Below the pieces are notes generated by a model that saw only the letters and a program-made list of their open reading frames with translations, was not told the origin of the DNA and searched no databases. Made by a program: the position numbers and the translations under genes. 64,000 nt of DNA, from positions 101,122,001 through 101,186,000 of the forward strand of contig OZ360232.1 of NCBI GenBank assembly GCA_977017645.1, in the 5' to 3' direction. This document shows, one piece after another, positions 34,942 through 48,861 of the stretch (position 1 is the first letter of the stretch; each line of letters opens with the position of its first letter). Origin of the DNA: Torpedo marmorata. Taxonomy: Eukaryota.

Positions 34942-37900
34942 ATGAGTAATATAGTAAGATTTTTGAATTTTAATATTAATGGGATAAATGGACCAATTAA
35001 GAGGAAAAGGATATTAGCGTATATTAAAAAATTGGGTGTTGATGTGGCTTTTTTACAAGAGACGCATTTAATAGAGAAAGAACATTTGAAATTAAAAAGG
35101 GACTGGGTGGGGTATGTAGCAGCTTCTTCATTTAATTCCAAGGCAAGGGGTGTGGCAATTTTAATAAAAAAGAATCTTCCAATTATAATTCAGAATGTTG
35201 TGACAGATCCTGCAGGGAGATATGTAATGATTCACTGTCAGATATATTCAGAATTTTGGACTTTTTTGAATATATATGCTCCCAATACGGATGATGATAA
35301 GTTTATTCAAGAGACCTTTCTCAATACAGCGGAAGCGCATGAGAATATTATAATAGGGGGAGATTTCAACTTTTGTTTAGATCCGGTTTTAGATAAGTCT
35401 ACAAGAGGAGTGAAGAGAACTAAGGCAGCGAAAGCTACGTTGGTATTAATGAATGATTTAAATTTGATTGATGCTTGGAGAAGAATTCATCCTAGGGATA
35501 AAGATTTTTCATTTTACTCTAGCAGACATGACTCTTATTCCAGAATTGATTTATTTTTAGTTTCAGCTCAATTGCAAGATAGAATTTCAGAAGCAGAGTA
35601 TAAAGCAAGAATCTTGTCTGACCATTCACCTTTATTGATGACAGTTGTTGTACCTGATAAAGAAAAGTCGATATATAGATGGAGATTAAACCCTTTATTA
35701 TTAAAAAGAATAGACTTTTGCGATTTTATAAGGAGGAAAATTCAGATATTTTGTGAAACAAATCTAAACTCCGTGCCTGATAAATTTGTAATATGGGAAA
35801 CTTTGAAAGTATATTTAAGAGGTCAAATCATAAGTTACTCTTCAAAAATTAAAAAGGATTATATGAGAGAAATAGACCAATTAGAAAAATAAATAACGAT
35901 TTTAGAAAAGGATTTACAAAAGAGGAGCTCTGTAGATAAACGTAGACAATTAACTAATAAAAAACTTCAATATAATATGTTACAGACTTATAGAACGGAG
36001 AAGACTATTACAAGAACTAAGCAAAGATATTACGAGTTAGGTGAACGCTCACATAAAGTATTAGCAAATCAGAATCTCTGCAAGATGATAGTAAAATTGA
36101 TGGATATTTATCACAGATAAATTTACCAAGATTAAATACGCAAGAGTGATTAGAATTAAGTACCCAGTTTACGCAGAAGGAAGTGAAAGATGCAATGAGT
36201 TCATTACAAAGTAATAAAGCACCGGGAGAGGATGGTTTTCCACCAGAGTTTTATAAAGAATTTAAGGAATTATTAATTCCTATTTTTATGGATATGTTAC
36301 AACAAGCGTCTGTGACTCATACACTTCCAGAATCTTTTTCTACTGCAATAATTACAGTAATACCAAAAAAAGATAGAGACCCTCTGAAACCTTCATCATA
36401 TAGACCAATTTCATTATTGAATGCAGATTATAAGATTGTGGTGAAAATCTTGGCAAATAGGATAACAAAATTTTTGCCAAAATTAGTAAATATGGATCAA
36501 ACAGGCTTTATAAAAAAAAGACAAGCAGCTGACAATGTAGCAAGGTTACTTAGTATTATTCATTTAGCTCAAAAAAGAAAAGTACCAACTGTAGCAGTGG
36601 CACTAGACGCAGAGAAAGCTTTTGATAGACTGGAGTGGGACTTTTTGTTTAAAGTATTGGAGAAATTTGGATTTGGGAAGATTTATATAGATTAGATTAA
36701 AGCATTATATAATGCTCCAAAAGCTAAAGTAGTGACTAATGGACAAATATCAACTTCGTTTTGCTTAACAAGATCTAGCCGACAAGGATGTCCGTTGTCA
36801 CCAGCTTTATTTATATTAGCTATAGAACCATTAGCAGAGGCAATTAGAAGTGATTTGGCAATTAAGGGATTTACAGTTGGTCAAGAGCAACATAAAATTA
36901 GTTTATTTGCAGATGATGTTTTAATATATTTGACGGAGCCTGAGACTTCTTTGCAAAGATTGCATTTTAAATTGGAGGAATATGGGAAAGTCTCTGGTTA
37001 TAAGATAAATTGGGATAAAAGTGAAATTATGCCCCTTACAGAGGGAGATTATACTTTATGTAAAAGAAGTACTCAGTTCAAATGACCACATAAGGGAATA
37101 AAATATCTTGGGGTTCGAACAGATAATAAATTAAAAAATTTATATAAATGGAATTATCTACCATTGCTTAAAAAGATTAAAGAAGACTTGGAGAAATGGA
37201 TTAATTTACCTATTACATTGATTGGAAGAGTTAACTGTATTAAAATGAATATATTTCCAAGGATACAGTACTTGTATCAAACTATACCTATTTTATTACC
37301 ACAGGTTTTTTTTCAGGATTTAAACAAACAAGTGCGAACATTTCTTTGGAAAGGTAAAATGTCAAGAGTCTCTATGGAACGTCTAACATGGAAATATGAA
37401 CTGGGAGGTCTACAACTCCCTAATTTTAAGAATTATTATCGAGCGGCACAAATGAGATTTGTTACTTCCTTTTTTGAAAGTGAAGGAAGACCTGCATGGA
37501 TTGGAATAGAGCTTGGAGAAATAGGAGAAAAGGTACCAGAAGAATTTATATACAAATGGAATTCAAAATTATTGATAGGTGCTAAAGAAACGCCGTTGTT
37601 AAAACATTTGATTAATGCTTGGAACAAGATTAATGATGAGATAGGGATGAAAGGAAACATATCACCCAAAATGTCTTTGATACAGAATAATCTTATACCA
37701 TTTACAAAAGATAATCAATTTTTAAACATATGGTCACAGAAAGGAATAAAGAAGATAGAAGATTGTTATGAAGGGAACCAGTTGATGTCGTTTATACAAT
37801 TACGGAATAAATATGGAATACCCAATAACACTCTTTTTTGTTATTTTCAATTAAGAGGTTATCTAAGAGAAAAACTAGGTCCAGATATGTTGTTACAAGA

Positions 37901-38597
37901 TTGTAGTGAGGTAGAAACTCTTATTAGGAAAGGAAATATTAAAAAAAATACTTCTATAATGTATTCTTTGCTACAAAGGGGAACTTTAAAACGAGGACTT
38001 CATAAATCTAGACAAAGATAGGAGCAAGATCTTAATGTTACAATTGATGAAAAAAGATGGTCGGATTTATGTCAAGATAGTATGATTAATACTGTTAATG
38101 TAAGATAAAGATTAATACAGTATAATTTTTTACATCAATTATACCTTACACCACAAAAACTGAATAAGATAAAATCTACGTTATCAAATAGATGTTTTAG
38201 ATGTGGCGAAGTGGAGGGAACTTTTCTACATTCAACATGGTTATGTTCTCAAGTCAAATGTTTTTGGATAGAGTTAGGGAACCGGTTAAAACAAATTACA
38301 GGTGTTACATTTCCACAGAATCCTGATTTATTTTTATTAGGAAATGTGGAAGGAACTAGACCAAAGTTGAAGTTATCTACATGTCAATTGAAATTTGTAA
38401 AAATTGCTTTAGCAGTAGCAAGGAAGTGTATAGCAGTAACTTGGAAATCAGATACAAATTTAAGCATGGATAGATGGAATTCAGAGATGCGGAGCTGTAT
38501 TCCTTTGGAAAGAATAACATATAATATGAGAAACAAATATGGGATATTTTTGCAAATTTGGCGTCCATATATCCAATCATTAGGTATGAATATTTAA
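34942..38597 (+). pseudogene. L1 ORF2 (APE endonuclease, RT, Cys-rich), with several stops and an internal deletion near 36065
   Basis: NINGI, FLQETH, GGDFN, SRIDLF, SDHSP; YRPISLLN, LDAEKAFD, RQGCPLSP, LFADD; CFRC...HSTWLC. Confidence 0.92.
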
Positions 38598-41042
38598 ATG
38601 TGTTGCTCTACATCCTGGACCCTATTGACTCTCTCAAACTTAAAGAATAAATATTGTTGAATACCACGCGTCGAGCCGTGGACCCAGCAGCGATCCGTTC
38701 AGTTGTTTTTGATAAGAAATATCAATGCCTTCTTTTCTATTTTTCTTTTAGTTTTTAGTAAGGGGAGGGAATTAAAGGGAGGGGAAGGGTGGAGGGTGGG
38801 TAATTTTATAGAGGGTGGGTTAAGACTGGGGTTAGATACACTGTAATACAAATTATGTCTTTTATTTACCGGAATTAATAATGTATACTACGTATGTTGT
38901 ATTACTGTGAGAAAATTTAAAATTTAAAATAAAATAATAAAAAAAAACATTGGAAAGAAATATGTAAACAAAGTATGACAAAAATTATTAATGTTAGATA
39001 TAGGATAGTGCAATACAACTTTTTGCATCAATTATATTTAACGCCTAAGAAACTAAAGAAATTTAATTCGAGACTATCAGATTTATGTTTTAGATGTAAT
39101 AGAAAGGAAGACTCTTTTGTACATTCTACGTGGCTTTGTCCAAGGATACATGCTTTTTGGCTGAAAGTTAAAAAGTTTTTAAACAAAGTATTAAGAATTA
39201 CACTCCCAATGAATCCTATGATATTTTTGTTTGGAGATATTAAAAGAATTAGTATTAAAATGAGATTAAATATGTATCAAATAGAATTTTTTACAAATTG
39301 CTTCAGCTGTTTCAAAGAAATGCATGGCTGTTACATAGAAGTCTGATGTAGATTTAGGGTTAGAAAGATGGCATGCAGAACTTCGTTCATGTATACCACT
39401 TGAAAAAAATTACTTATAATTTACGTAACAAATATAATTTCTTTTTGAAAATATGGAGCCCATATATAAAGACTGTGGGTTTAAGGATTTGAGGATCTCT
39501 CGATATCAGGTCTGACTGGCGAACCTGTGTTCCACAATAAAATTAATGTATAGTTCTTTTTTTTTTAGATTGACATTCTCCAAATTCTATTCTTTATTTT
39601 TCTTTCTTTCTATATTATTAGAGTAGTAGGGGTGGGTGGGTTAGGGAGGGGGAAGGGAGGGAGGGGAGGGTGAAAATATATCACATGTATTCTGATAATT
39701 TTGTATTTTATAAACATGTGATTACATCGTGTGATTTAAAATTTTAAATAAAATATTTTTTTTAAAAAATAACTACTTTGGTGCTGCCTCATGGACCCAT
39801 GATGAGCTCGTTGACTTCATCCACTTTGCTGCCAACTTCCACCCTGACCTCAAATTCACTTGGTCCATCTCTAGAAAAACTCTCCCCTTCCTCGATCTCT
39901 CTGTCTCCATCTCAGGAGACAAACTCTGAACAGACATCTTCTACAAACCCACCAACTCCCATAGCTACCTCGATTGCACCACTTCCCACCCTGTCCCCTG
40001 TAAGAATTCCATTCCATTCCCTCAATTCTTCCGTTTCCGTCGCATCTGCACCCAAGACGAGGACTTCCATGCCAGATCGCCAGAGATGTCCTCCTTCTTC
40101 AAACAATGTGGCTTTCCCTCTACCACCATCAACTCGACGCTCACCCGCATATCCTCTATAACCCGCACATCTGCCCTGGCCCCCTCTGCCCCCACGCGCA
40201 ACAAGGACAGGATTCCTCTTGTCCTCACCCACCACCCCACCAGCCTCCGCATCCAACACATCCTCCTCCGCATCCAACACATGCTCCTCAGCCACCTACT
40301 ATGTGATCCCACCACTAGGCACATATTCCCCTTGCCTCCCCTCTATTCCTTCCGCAGGGACCACTCCCTCTGTGACTCCCTTGTCCATTCCTCCCTCTCC
40401 ACCAATCGTCCCCTTGGGACCTACCCCTGTGACCACAGGAGATGCTCCACTTGCGCACACACCTCCTCCCTCACCACCATTAGGGGCCCCAAACAGTCCT
40501 TCCAAATGAAGCAACATTTCACTTCTGAATCTGCAGGGGTCATCTACTGCATCCGGTGCTCCTGTTGTGGTCTGCTCTACATCGGAGAGACTGGGCGCAG
40601 ACTGGGAGATCACTTTGTTGAGCACCTCGGCTCTGATCGCAGCAATAGCGTAGATCTCCGAGTGGCCACCCATTTAAATTCCCTATCGCATTCCTTTACT
40701 GACATGTCTGTCCATGGTCCCATGCACTGCCAGCCTGAGACCACCCGCAAATTGGAGGAACAGCACCTCACCTTCCGACTGGGCACCCTCCAACCAGATG
40801 GCGTTAACCGACTTCTCTGGCTCTCGTTAAACCCCCCCCCCCACACCCACTACTTCCCCCGTCGCCTTCCCCCAGCACTGTTTCTCCCTTCCCTGTCTCC
40901 TTTCGCTCAGACATAATAAATTCTCACCTTCTCCCCTTATCATATTCAATTAACACCTTTTGTTGGTCTGGAATTCTCCCCCAGCCAGCACTGTCTGAAT
41001 TCTGAGATTTTCTGAGATTTCCTGCTTCTGGTTCATTCTGCT

Positions 41043-41083
41043 TATTCCTTGAAGAAGGGCTCCGGCCCGAAACGTCGGCAATA
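41043..41083 (+). ncRNA. Minimal hammerhead ribozyme-like motif (second Penelope subfamily)
   Basis: TATTCC-TTGAAGA-AGGGC TCCG GCCC-GAAACGTC-GG(C)AATA: different loop and stem I sequence, same pairing pattern. Confidence 0.62.
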
Positions 41084-41499
41084 TATCTTTGAATTTTATG
41101 GCTGCTGAAAAGACCGGCTGAGCTCCTCCAGCATTTTGATGTGTTTTTAGTATACATGGCAAGTTTTGCAATGAAACTACTGAAAGATTTGGTACTAAAA
41201 TTCCTCACACATGCATGTAATTGAACTTCATATTTGGCAGCAAGCTTTGTTTTTATGTACTTAATTAAAATAAGACCAATTTTGAAATGGATGCCAAAGT
41301 TAAAACCACCAGTGGACAGAACATTTAAGCAGAAGTAATGCTGTATTTGCTAATGAATAAACTATCAAAATTTACCTTTCTTTATTCCTCCTTAAAATTG
41401 AATTTTAAAAGTATTGCCCAAGAATCGGAAAAATCCGAAAATTCGGACCGACCCAATCCCCGAGCAGTCTAGATTTTCGGACTTCTGCTGTATTAATTA

Positions 41500-42110
41500 T
41501 AAGGCTCTCTTGTACACTTCAGACTACCCATAGAGGACACCTCAGAGCACTGGAGAAACCAATGTTGTCCTACCAAAATCCTGCAAATCCACTTGCAGAA
41601 TAAGTGAACCAATGTGAGCTTTCTTTCCCAGAACAATATCTGCTGCATGGAGGCTTGAATTAGACAAAATCAGCTTCAATAGATAGACCACATAATTTGC
41701 ATGCCTGACACAAGGCCCCTGAAACAGGCATTCTGCTTTGAGCTCCATCACAGCAGGACATTAACAGGTGGACAAAGGAAACAATTCAGCCATATTCTCA
41801 AAAGTTCCTTGAAAAATGTAATATCCTCACTGATTGTGGGACTCTTGCCCATGACTCTGAAAATTAAGGAACATCTGTGATGAAATCAGAACGTTGAGTC
41901 TACTCCTTGTGAGTACACAGAACCCCCATTAAAAAAAAAGGCAAAAGGAGTACACTACTTTCCAAACTACTGACCTGCCAGCTCTATCAAGCACTTCCTG
42001 CCCAACCTGTGGTTCTCAGTAAATCCCATTTTGACCTCTTCAGGCACCTCAGAACCTACAGATGTGGAGTAGATGGACATCATCCCTGGCCCTGAAGGAC
42101 TGCCTAAGTA
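41500..42110 (+). mobile_element. Highly decayed RTE-like LINE 3' fragment
   Basis: Scattered resemblance to RTE C-terminal coding sequence (ILQI.W, MPD.R.PKQ, GGQRKRF.D.LK.SL..C.I); no open frame. Confidence 0.45.
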
Positions 42111-42577
42111 GAAGCAGATGAAAAGATTTATTACCGGTTTGAATGATGTAAATGTTTAACTTTTTCCAAATATCACAAGTTGCTAAATTAATGAAGAATA
42201 AGTAAATGTTATTGGTTCATAAAGGAATTACATTTGCCACAATTATCCCTGTTAATCAATATAAAACAGACGAATGACCCTAACAGATATGACAATTCCC
42301 TTGCAATAATCGTCTAATATTAAATGAGGTTGTTCCAAACTCTATCATGATAGGCAACAATAGCCTTTTTCTTCTCTTTTTCTTCCTTTATCTTTTCAAG
42401 GAGTCAAGGCCAGCATTAGTTCCACCTCAAAGAGTTCTTTGTTTGCTCCCTTTGTACATGAACTTAAGTATTCTATTTCAAGGGGTTGGCAAATATTCCG
42501 TCCACCACTATCTAATTGCCTCAGCCCATTTGTGAACCAATTAGGGGATGAATTTAGAGCATGAATCAGTACGTGGA

Positions 42578-45340
42578 ATTACGATGTTGTGACCATTACT
42601 GAAATTTGGCTGGAGGGAGGGCAAGATTGGCTGATGCAGGTACCAGGGTTTAGATGTTTTAAAAAGAATAGGATGGGAGGTAGAAAATGGGAGGGGGGTG
42701 GAAGCATTACTGGTCAGGGATAGTCCACTGAGTCGGTGTGGGTGGAAGTCAGAAATAGGAAGGGAGCTATCACTGTGCTGAGAGTAGTCTATAGGCCCTC
42801 AAATAGCCCTCGGGACACCGAGGAGCAGATAAGCAGGCATATTTTGGAATGGTGCGGGAAACACAGGGTTGTAGTTGTGGGTGATTTCAACTTCCCTAAT
42901 ATTGACTGGCACCTACCAACTGCAAGAGGGATAGATGGGGCTGAATTTGTCAGGTGTGTACAAGAAGGATTCCTGACACAGTATGTGGACTGGCTGACTA
43001 GAGGAGAGGTCATACTGGATCTGGTTCTGGGGAATGAACCTGGCCAGGTGGTGGACCTCTTGGTGGGGGAGCATTTTGGTGAGAGTGACCACAACTCCCT
43101 TAGCTTCAACATAGCTATGGAAAAGGATAAAAACAGTCAAACTGGGAAAGTGTTTAACTGGGGAAGGGCTAATTATGAAGGGATGAGGCAGGAACTAGTG
43201 AGAATAAATTGGAAACAGATGTTTAAGGGTGAAAGCACAGAAGTATTGTGGAAGAAGATTAGGGACCACTTGTGCACAGTTCAAGATAGGTTTGTCCCAC
43301 TGGGACAAGGAAAAGATGGTAGGAAAAGGGAACCGTGGCTGACGAAACAGCTCAGGCAACTAGTCAAGAGGAAGAAGGAAGCATACATTAGATATAGGAA
43401 GCAGGAAACAGGAAGGGCTCATGAGAAGTATATGGTAGCCAGGAAGGAGCTTAAGAAAGGACTTAGGAGAGCTCGAAGGGGGCATGAGAAGGCCTTGGCA
43501 TGTAGAATTAAGGAGATCCCCAAGGTATTCTATGCATATGTGAAGAACAGAAGGATAACGAGAATGAAGGTGGGGCCGCTAAAGGATAAAAGAGGCAGCA
43601 GGTGCCTGGAGGTAGATGAGGTTGGGGAGGTACTAAATGAATACTTTACTTCAGTATTCACAAGAGAAAAGGACCTTGATATCGGTGAGGTCGAAATTGA
43701 ACAGGCCTGTGTGCTGGACAATGTGGAGATTAAGGAAGTGGAAGTGTTGGATCTTCTTAAAAACATCAAGATTGATAAGTCCCCGGGGCTGGACATGATG
43801 TACCCCAGGCTGCTGTGGGAAGTGAGAGAAGAGATAGCTGGGGCAGTAGCTATGATCTTTGAATCCTCTTTGGCCGCAGGGGAGGTGCCGGAGGTTTGGA
43901 GAATGGCAAATGTAGTCCCCTTGTTTAAAAAAAGGTAATAGGGAGAATCCTGGGAATTATAGACCGATGAGTGTTATGTTAGTGGAGTGCAAACTAATGG
44001 AGAGGATTCTTAAGGATAGGATCTATGAGCATTTGGAGAAGCACAGTCTGCTCAAGGATAGTCAGCATGGCTTTGTGAAGGGAAGATTGTGCCTCACGAG
44101 TCTAATTGAGTTTTATGAGGAGGTAACAAAATAAATTGATGAGGGTAGAGTGGTAGATGTGGTCTACATGGATTTTAGCAAGGTATTTGACAAGGTCCCC
44201 CACGAGAGACTCATCCAGAAAGTCATGAGGCACGGGATCAGTGGAACCTTGGCTGTGTGGATAAAAAATTGGCTTGCAGGAAGAAAGAAGAGAGTAGTAG
44301 TGGAAGGAAAGTATTCTGCCTGGAGGTCAGTGACTAGTGGAGTGCCGCAAGGATCTGTTCTGGGACCCCTGCTCTATGTGATTATTATAAATGACCTGGA
44401 TGAAGAGGCGGAAGGATGGGTCACTAAGTTTGCGGATGACACAAAGGTTTCAGGAGTTGTGGATGGAGCTGAAGGTTGTCGAAGGTTACGAGAGGATATA
44501 GGCAGGATGCAGAGTTGGGCAGAAAAGTGGCAGATGGATTTCAATCCGGATAAGTGTGAGGTGATGCATTTTGGAAAGACAAACCAGAAGGCTGAGTATA
44601 GGGTTAATGGTCGGTTAATTAAGAGTGTGGATGAACAGAGGGACCTTGGGGTTCAAATCCATACATCCCTCAAGGTCACCACACAGGTTGATAGGATAGT
44701 TACGAAGGCCTATGGGATGTTGGGATTCATTAATAGGGGGATTGAGTTCAGGAATAGAGAGGTCATGTTGCAACTCTACCAATCTCTGGTAAGACCACAC
44801 TTAGAGTATTGTGTTCAGTTCTGGTCACCTCATTATAGGAAGGATGTGGAAGCTATGGAGAGGGTGCAGAGGAGATTTACCAGGATGTTGCCTGGATTGG
44901 GATACAAGTCTTATGAGGCAAGGTTATGGAACCTTTCTCTTTGTAGCATAGAAGGATGAGAGGAGACTTGATAGAGGTCTACAAGATTATGAGAGGCATA
45001 GATAGGGTAGACAGCCAGCAACTGTTTCCCAGGGCAGGATCAGCAAACACCAGAGAACATGTACAAACTTAAGGGAGGGAAGTTTAGGGGAGACGTCAGG
45101 GGTATGTTTTTTACACAGAGAGTTGTGGGTGCCTGGAATGCCTTGCCGGGGATGGTGGTGGAGGCTGAAACATTGGGGGTATTTAAGAGACTCTTAGACA
45201 GACACATGGATGAAAGAAAAATAGAGGGTTACAGGGTAGGGAGGGTTTAGTATTTTTTTTAGGAAGGAATATATGGGTCGGCACAACATCGAAGGCCGAA
45301 GGGCCTGTACTGTGCTGTATTGTTCTATGTTCTATGTTCA
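42578..45340 (+). mobile_element. 5'-truncated CR1 LINE (endonuclease + RT, frameshifted)
   Basis: VGDFNFPNIDW, SDHN, KSPG.D, YMDFSK.FDKVPH, GVPQGSVLGP, KFADDTK, RPHLEYCVQFW; 3' tail (TTCTATG)n; possible TSD AATTAC. Confidence 0.93.
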
Positions 45341-45873
45341 ATTACAAGTAAACAAATATCACCAACCAGTTCCTCCTTGATGAAGTAATGTGGTTGTAAT
45401 CTTTCCTCAACTCTGATTTTAATAATGTCTTTATCATTTGCGCTGTTTAGACAGCTTTTACTGTAAAGTCCATTCTGATGTCATCATCTTAACTGGTTTG
45501 TCTGTTAAAAGTATTCACTCCATGATATCTCTTTCCCTGACCTGCTTCTCTACTTGCATATTCGCTTATTTTATTTCTCTTGAGAATAATTGGTATCGAG
45601 ACACAAACTGTTGCCTGTAGATCTGTGCTCAAAACCCATCCCTTCAAACTTTTAAAGAATGCTGTCTCAACATTCTTCTCTTCTTCCTATCCATGTAATT
45701 TCTTCACTTCCTTTTTGACCATAATATCTTCATTGTATTCATTGCATTGTGCATTTTATATTTCCACTCAATGAAAGCCACAACCTTTTGAAATATGCCC
45801 CAACCAACTAATCCATAAATTAATTCTCAACATCTTAATGATGGTCCAAAACAATATAATTATACTATATATC

Positions 45874-46221
45874 TGTAGCGTGAGCTACACAGAATTCTGA
45901 AGAACAACACACAGTCAGTGGGTTGCAAGCAAGACTGTTTAATCGGGTCTCGCAGCCCTGGCTTTTAAGCAGGGCTGCGAGCTTAATTGCTGTTGTTTAC
46001 ATGACCATTGCTGCTTAATCGCTGTCGTCTACATGACAAGGGGAGCTGTACATTACAATGGGAACTTTCCCGGGTCCCCTGTCCTTCTTCTCCTGGTTGA
46101 AGAAGAAGGTGGGGGAGGGGGGTCGGTGCCATCTTTGTGCCGGACCCTGCTGTTGCCACGTGTACTTGCGCGGCCGCCATTGTGGGCACCGGTTCGCTTT
46201 CCCAGAGCGGGTACCACTACA
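45874..46221 (-). mobile_element. Solo LTR (348 bp, probably gypsy-type)
   Basis: TGTAG...CTACA termini and 4-bp TSD TATC; TTAAAAG and ATTAAA on the minus strand give the orientation. Confidence 0.75.
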
Positions 46222-46621
46222 TATCTATAATTTCCAGAGGGATAATGATGGGCAGTATTGATTAAGGCCTCACTGGAAGAATAAAATTACTTAGCTGATA
46301 TAAATGGGGGAATTACTTAGCTGAAGTAAATGGGGGAATTGTGTGGCAAATGTATGGCAAGTCTAAAAATGTCCTTTAGAAATGTTGAAAAGTTGGAGGC
46401 AGAGGATATTCAGGGTCCAAATGGGTCCTATGATAAGATACCACAAATATTCAAATTAACTGATGGAATAACAAAGATCTTCTAACATAGCCTTTTACAA
46501 TAAACATACCCAATTCCCCTGGAAAAACATAGAGCACTTCCCAAATCATGGAAGACATCCTACAATAAAGGCAGGCATGCATGATGCAAATTTAGCATCG
46601 CCATCAATGCACAATCTCAGC

Positions 46622-46815
46622 AAGGTGGCATGGTTCGTGGAGCAGTTAGCGCAATCCTATTACAGCTCCAGTGACTGGGTTTGATCTGGGTACTCCTGTT
46701 TCCTCCCACCCTTCAAAACTTGTGGGGGTTTCAAGTGAATTGGGGTATTGAGCGGCACGGGCTTGAGGGCCAGAAGGGCCTGTTACCATGCTGTATGTAT
46801 GTATATATGTCTAAA
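46622..46815 (+). mobile_element. Degenerate, internally deleted V-SINE
   Basis: GGTGGCATGGTT..AGCAGTTAGCGC...TTTCCTCCCACCCT...GGGCCAGAAGGGCCTGTTACCATGCTGTATGT, similar to 50536-50790. Confidence 0.65.
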
Positions 46816-47199
46816 TATTGGTCTTGATGTTTAGAAGACAGAAAGGCATAACATGCCAGAATATGAGCATATGAATTAGGAGCAGTAATGGGCCCATCAA
46901 GCCCTCAAACCTGCACTGCTGTTTAATAAGATTGCACCTATCGGTAATTTAATTGCAACATTCCTGACTACCCACTCTAATCTTTCATCCTCCCTCAATT
47001 AATCAAATATCTTTCTACCTCTGCCTTCAATATATGCAAAGAATCTGTTTCTATTCCCATTTTAAAGAAAATAATTCCAAACAATTACAATCATGTGAGA
47101 GAAAAAAATTGCCTCATCTCTGCGTTAAATGGGCAACTCTTATTTTTAACCTTGGCATAAGGGTGGATGAGTCAGTAAAAGTGGGAGGGAAGAATGAGG

Positions 47200-47845
47200 A
47201 AGAGCATACAACGTTCTGGTCTTCACCAATAAAAACATTGAAAAGAAGCAGGAAAGTCATGCTGACCCTTTGTGCAACACTGGTTCTGCATTTACCTTGT
47301 AATAGAAGGATGTGAAGCATTGGAGAATCAAAGGAAAACAAATTTTGTGCATTTTGTGTACATGACAATAAAGGATCTTTGAAGACAGCCCAGAAAAGAT
47401 TTATGAGAATGGTTGCTGGTACTCGAGTTACAAGGAAAGAATAGAGAGACTAGCATGGTTTTTTTAAGAGATGGTTGAGGAAGAGCTGATAAATATACAG
47501 TATAAAATGACGAGGGGTTAGTACCAGGCTATTCCCTTTTGTGGAGTGGTCAAAAATTAGAGAACAAAGGTATAAAATAAAAGGGAAGAATATTCAGAAC
47601 GAAGTGAGGAAAACATTTTTTTGTGTATTATGTGGTTGGAATCTGGAACACTCTGCTTGACCAGCAAGGGGAAACAGGTTCATGTTGGCCTTCAAGAAAT
47701 AATTAGATAAATATATAGTGAAGAAAAAATTGCCAGGCCGCAGAGATAGGGCGGAGGCCTTGAACTGATCATTTGCTCTTCCAGTGAACCAGTGAGTCGG
47801 ATGGGCTGAATGGCCTCTTTGCTGTAACTTTTCTATCATTCTCTG
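47200..47845 (+). mobile_element. Old CR1 3' remnant
   Basis: Decayed QRRF.RM, RK.FF, WN.L coding remnants and CR1 3' UTR (GGGCTGAATGGCCT...TTCTAT). Confidence 0.55.
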
Positions 47846-48861
47846 ATTTTTATGTCATAGCAGGAAAAGCAAGAATTGGGGCAGGAAAGGAGGGCATTGG
47901 AATAAGTGAATCATTGGTAACCATATATTGATTGATTTGTCATATATTTCAAGACTCTTCATTTCAATACTGTTAATTTTTGATAACTTGCTGAACAAAA
48001 TAATTATTTTTCAATAAAGTCTTGCAGTTCTATGACAGTGCACAGCATGTAGTTTTATTCTGAAGGAAGGGATGTATTAAACATGATTATCAAATGTATC
48101 ATTTGACTCTTGGAAAATCTATTGCTTCATCAGAATAAACATAATCAGTCAGCTCCCAAGTTCCATCTGGCAGCAGCAGCAAATTTTAAAAATCAAATTA
48201 ATTTTCTGAGTTTCAGTTTTATGCCTCCTTTGTTTTGATTGACTGAGTTGAGGATGCAGCAGTTATAAGTTAATTGTTTTATTATCTTTAATTTATAGAA
48301 GTACTGATCCAGTACATCCTCAAACAAAAAAACTATTCCTGAATTAGTTATAATTTTATTATGCAGCTTGGATTTTGTTTCATATAAAAAAATGGATTAT
48401 TATAAATAATGTTTGTTGTAAGCTCCCATGTTAAATCAGGCAGCGAATGCATCAATTTAATATTTCATTTAAAAAAAATGATACTTTTGATCCACATGTG
48501 GATACTATTTGCATCAATTTTAGGCACTCATTCATGGATCATAGCATGGGATGGAGGCTATCTGTGGCATAATAGAGATAATCTGAATAGATCTCAGCCA
48601 ACCCTGGGAACCCTGCACACAGAGGTCTTCTCTAAGGTCCATATTGATCTGGCTTTTATTCAAGCCACTACCCCATTACCTTCCTATCCAGAATGCTTAT
48701 CTCCCTCATCTGTCATGTTCTTACCCACATATCAGGAGACCAGTCTTGCACCGGCTTCAATACCATCAACAGCATGCCTGCAAACAACAATCACACCATT
48801 GGGCACTTACTATATCCTCACTACCAACCCTACCTCCCACAATCCTGGAAGATAATCTTTA

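Larger units (their letters stand above)
33223..38945 (+). mobile_element. Near full-length L1-clade LINE (defective)
   Basis: TSD AACATTGGAAAG (33211-33222/38946-38957), G-rich 5' end, ORF1, inter-ORF spacer, ORF2 and poly-A. Confidence 0.93.
30963..39771 (+). mobile_element. 5'-truncated, 5'-inverted L1 (inverted part 30963-~31984; direct part ~31985-32275, ~33045-33222, 38946-39771)
   Basis: 12-bp TSD ACTACTTTGGTG (30951-30962/39772-39783); minus-strand RT remnants (GCPLSP, LFADD, GRVNCIKMN) continue on the plus strand; CFRC...HSTWLC; A-rich tail. Confidence 0.88.
30500..41150 (+). mobile_element. Penelope-like element (RT part 30500-30962; RT end + GIY-YIG + pLTR 39772-41150), split by an L1 insertion
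   Basis: FTMDIQSLYTSIPH, GVAMGTRMGPSYA and a decayed YIDD region; resumes after the TSD ACTACTTTGGTG; GIY-YIG ORF 40086-40916. Confidence 0.88.
23098..41490. mobile_element. Tigger/pogo-type (Tc1-mariner superfamily) non-autonomous DNA transposon, split by nested insertions
   Basis: TA|CAGTAGAAGTCCAAAAATCCGGA at 23098 and TCTAGATTTTCGGACTTCTGCTG|TA ending 41490: 23-bp TIRs (3 mismatches) with TA on both sides. Residual internal pieces at ~23098-23260, ~30030-30500 and ~41150-41490. Confidence 0.7.
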
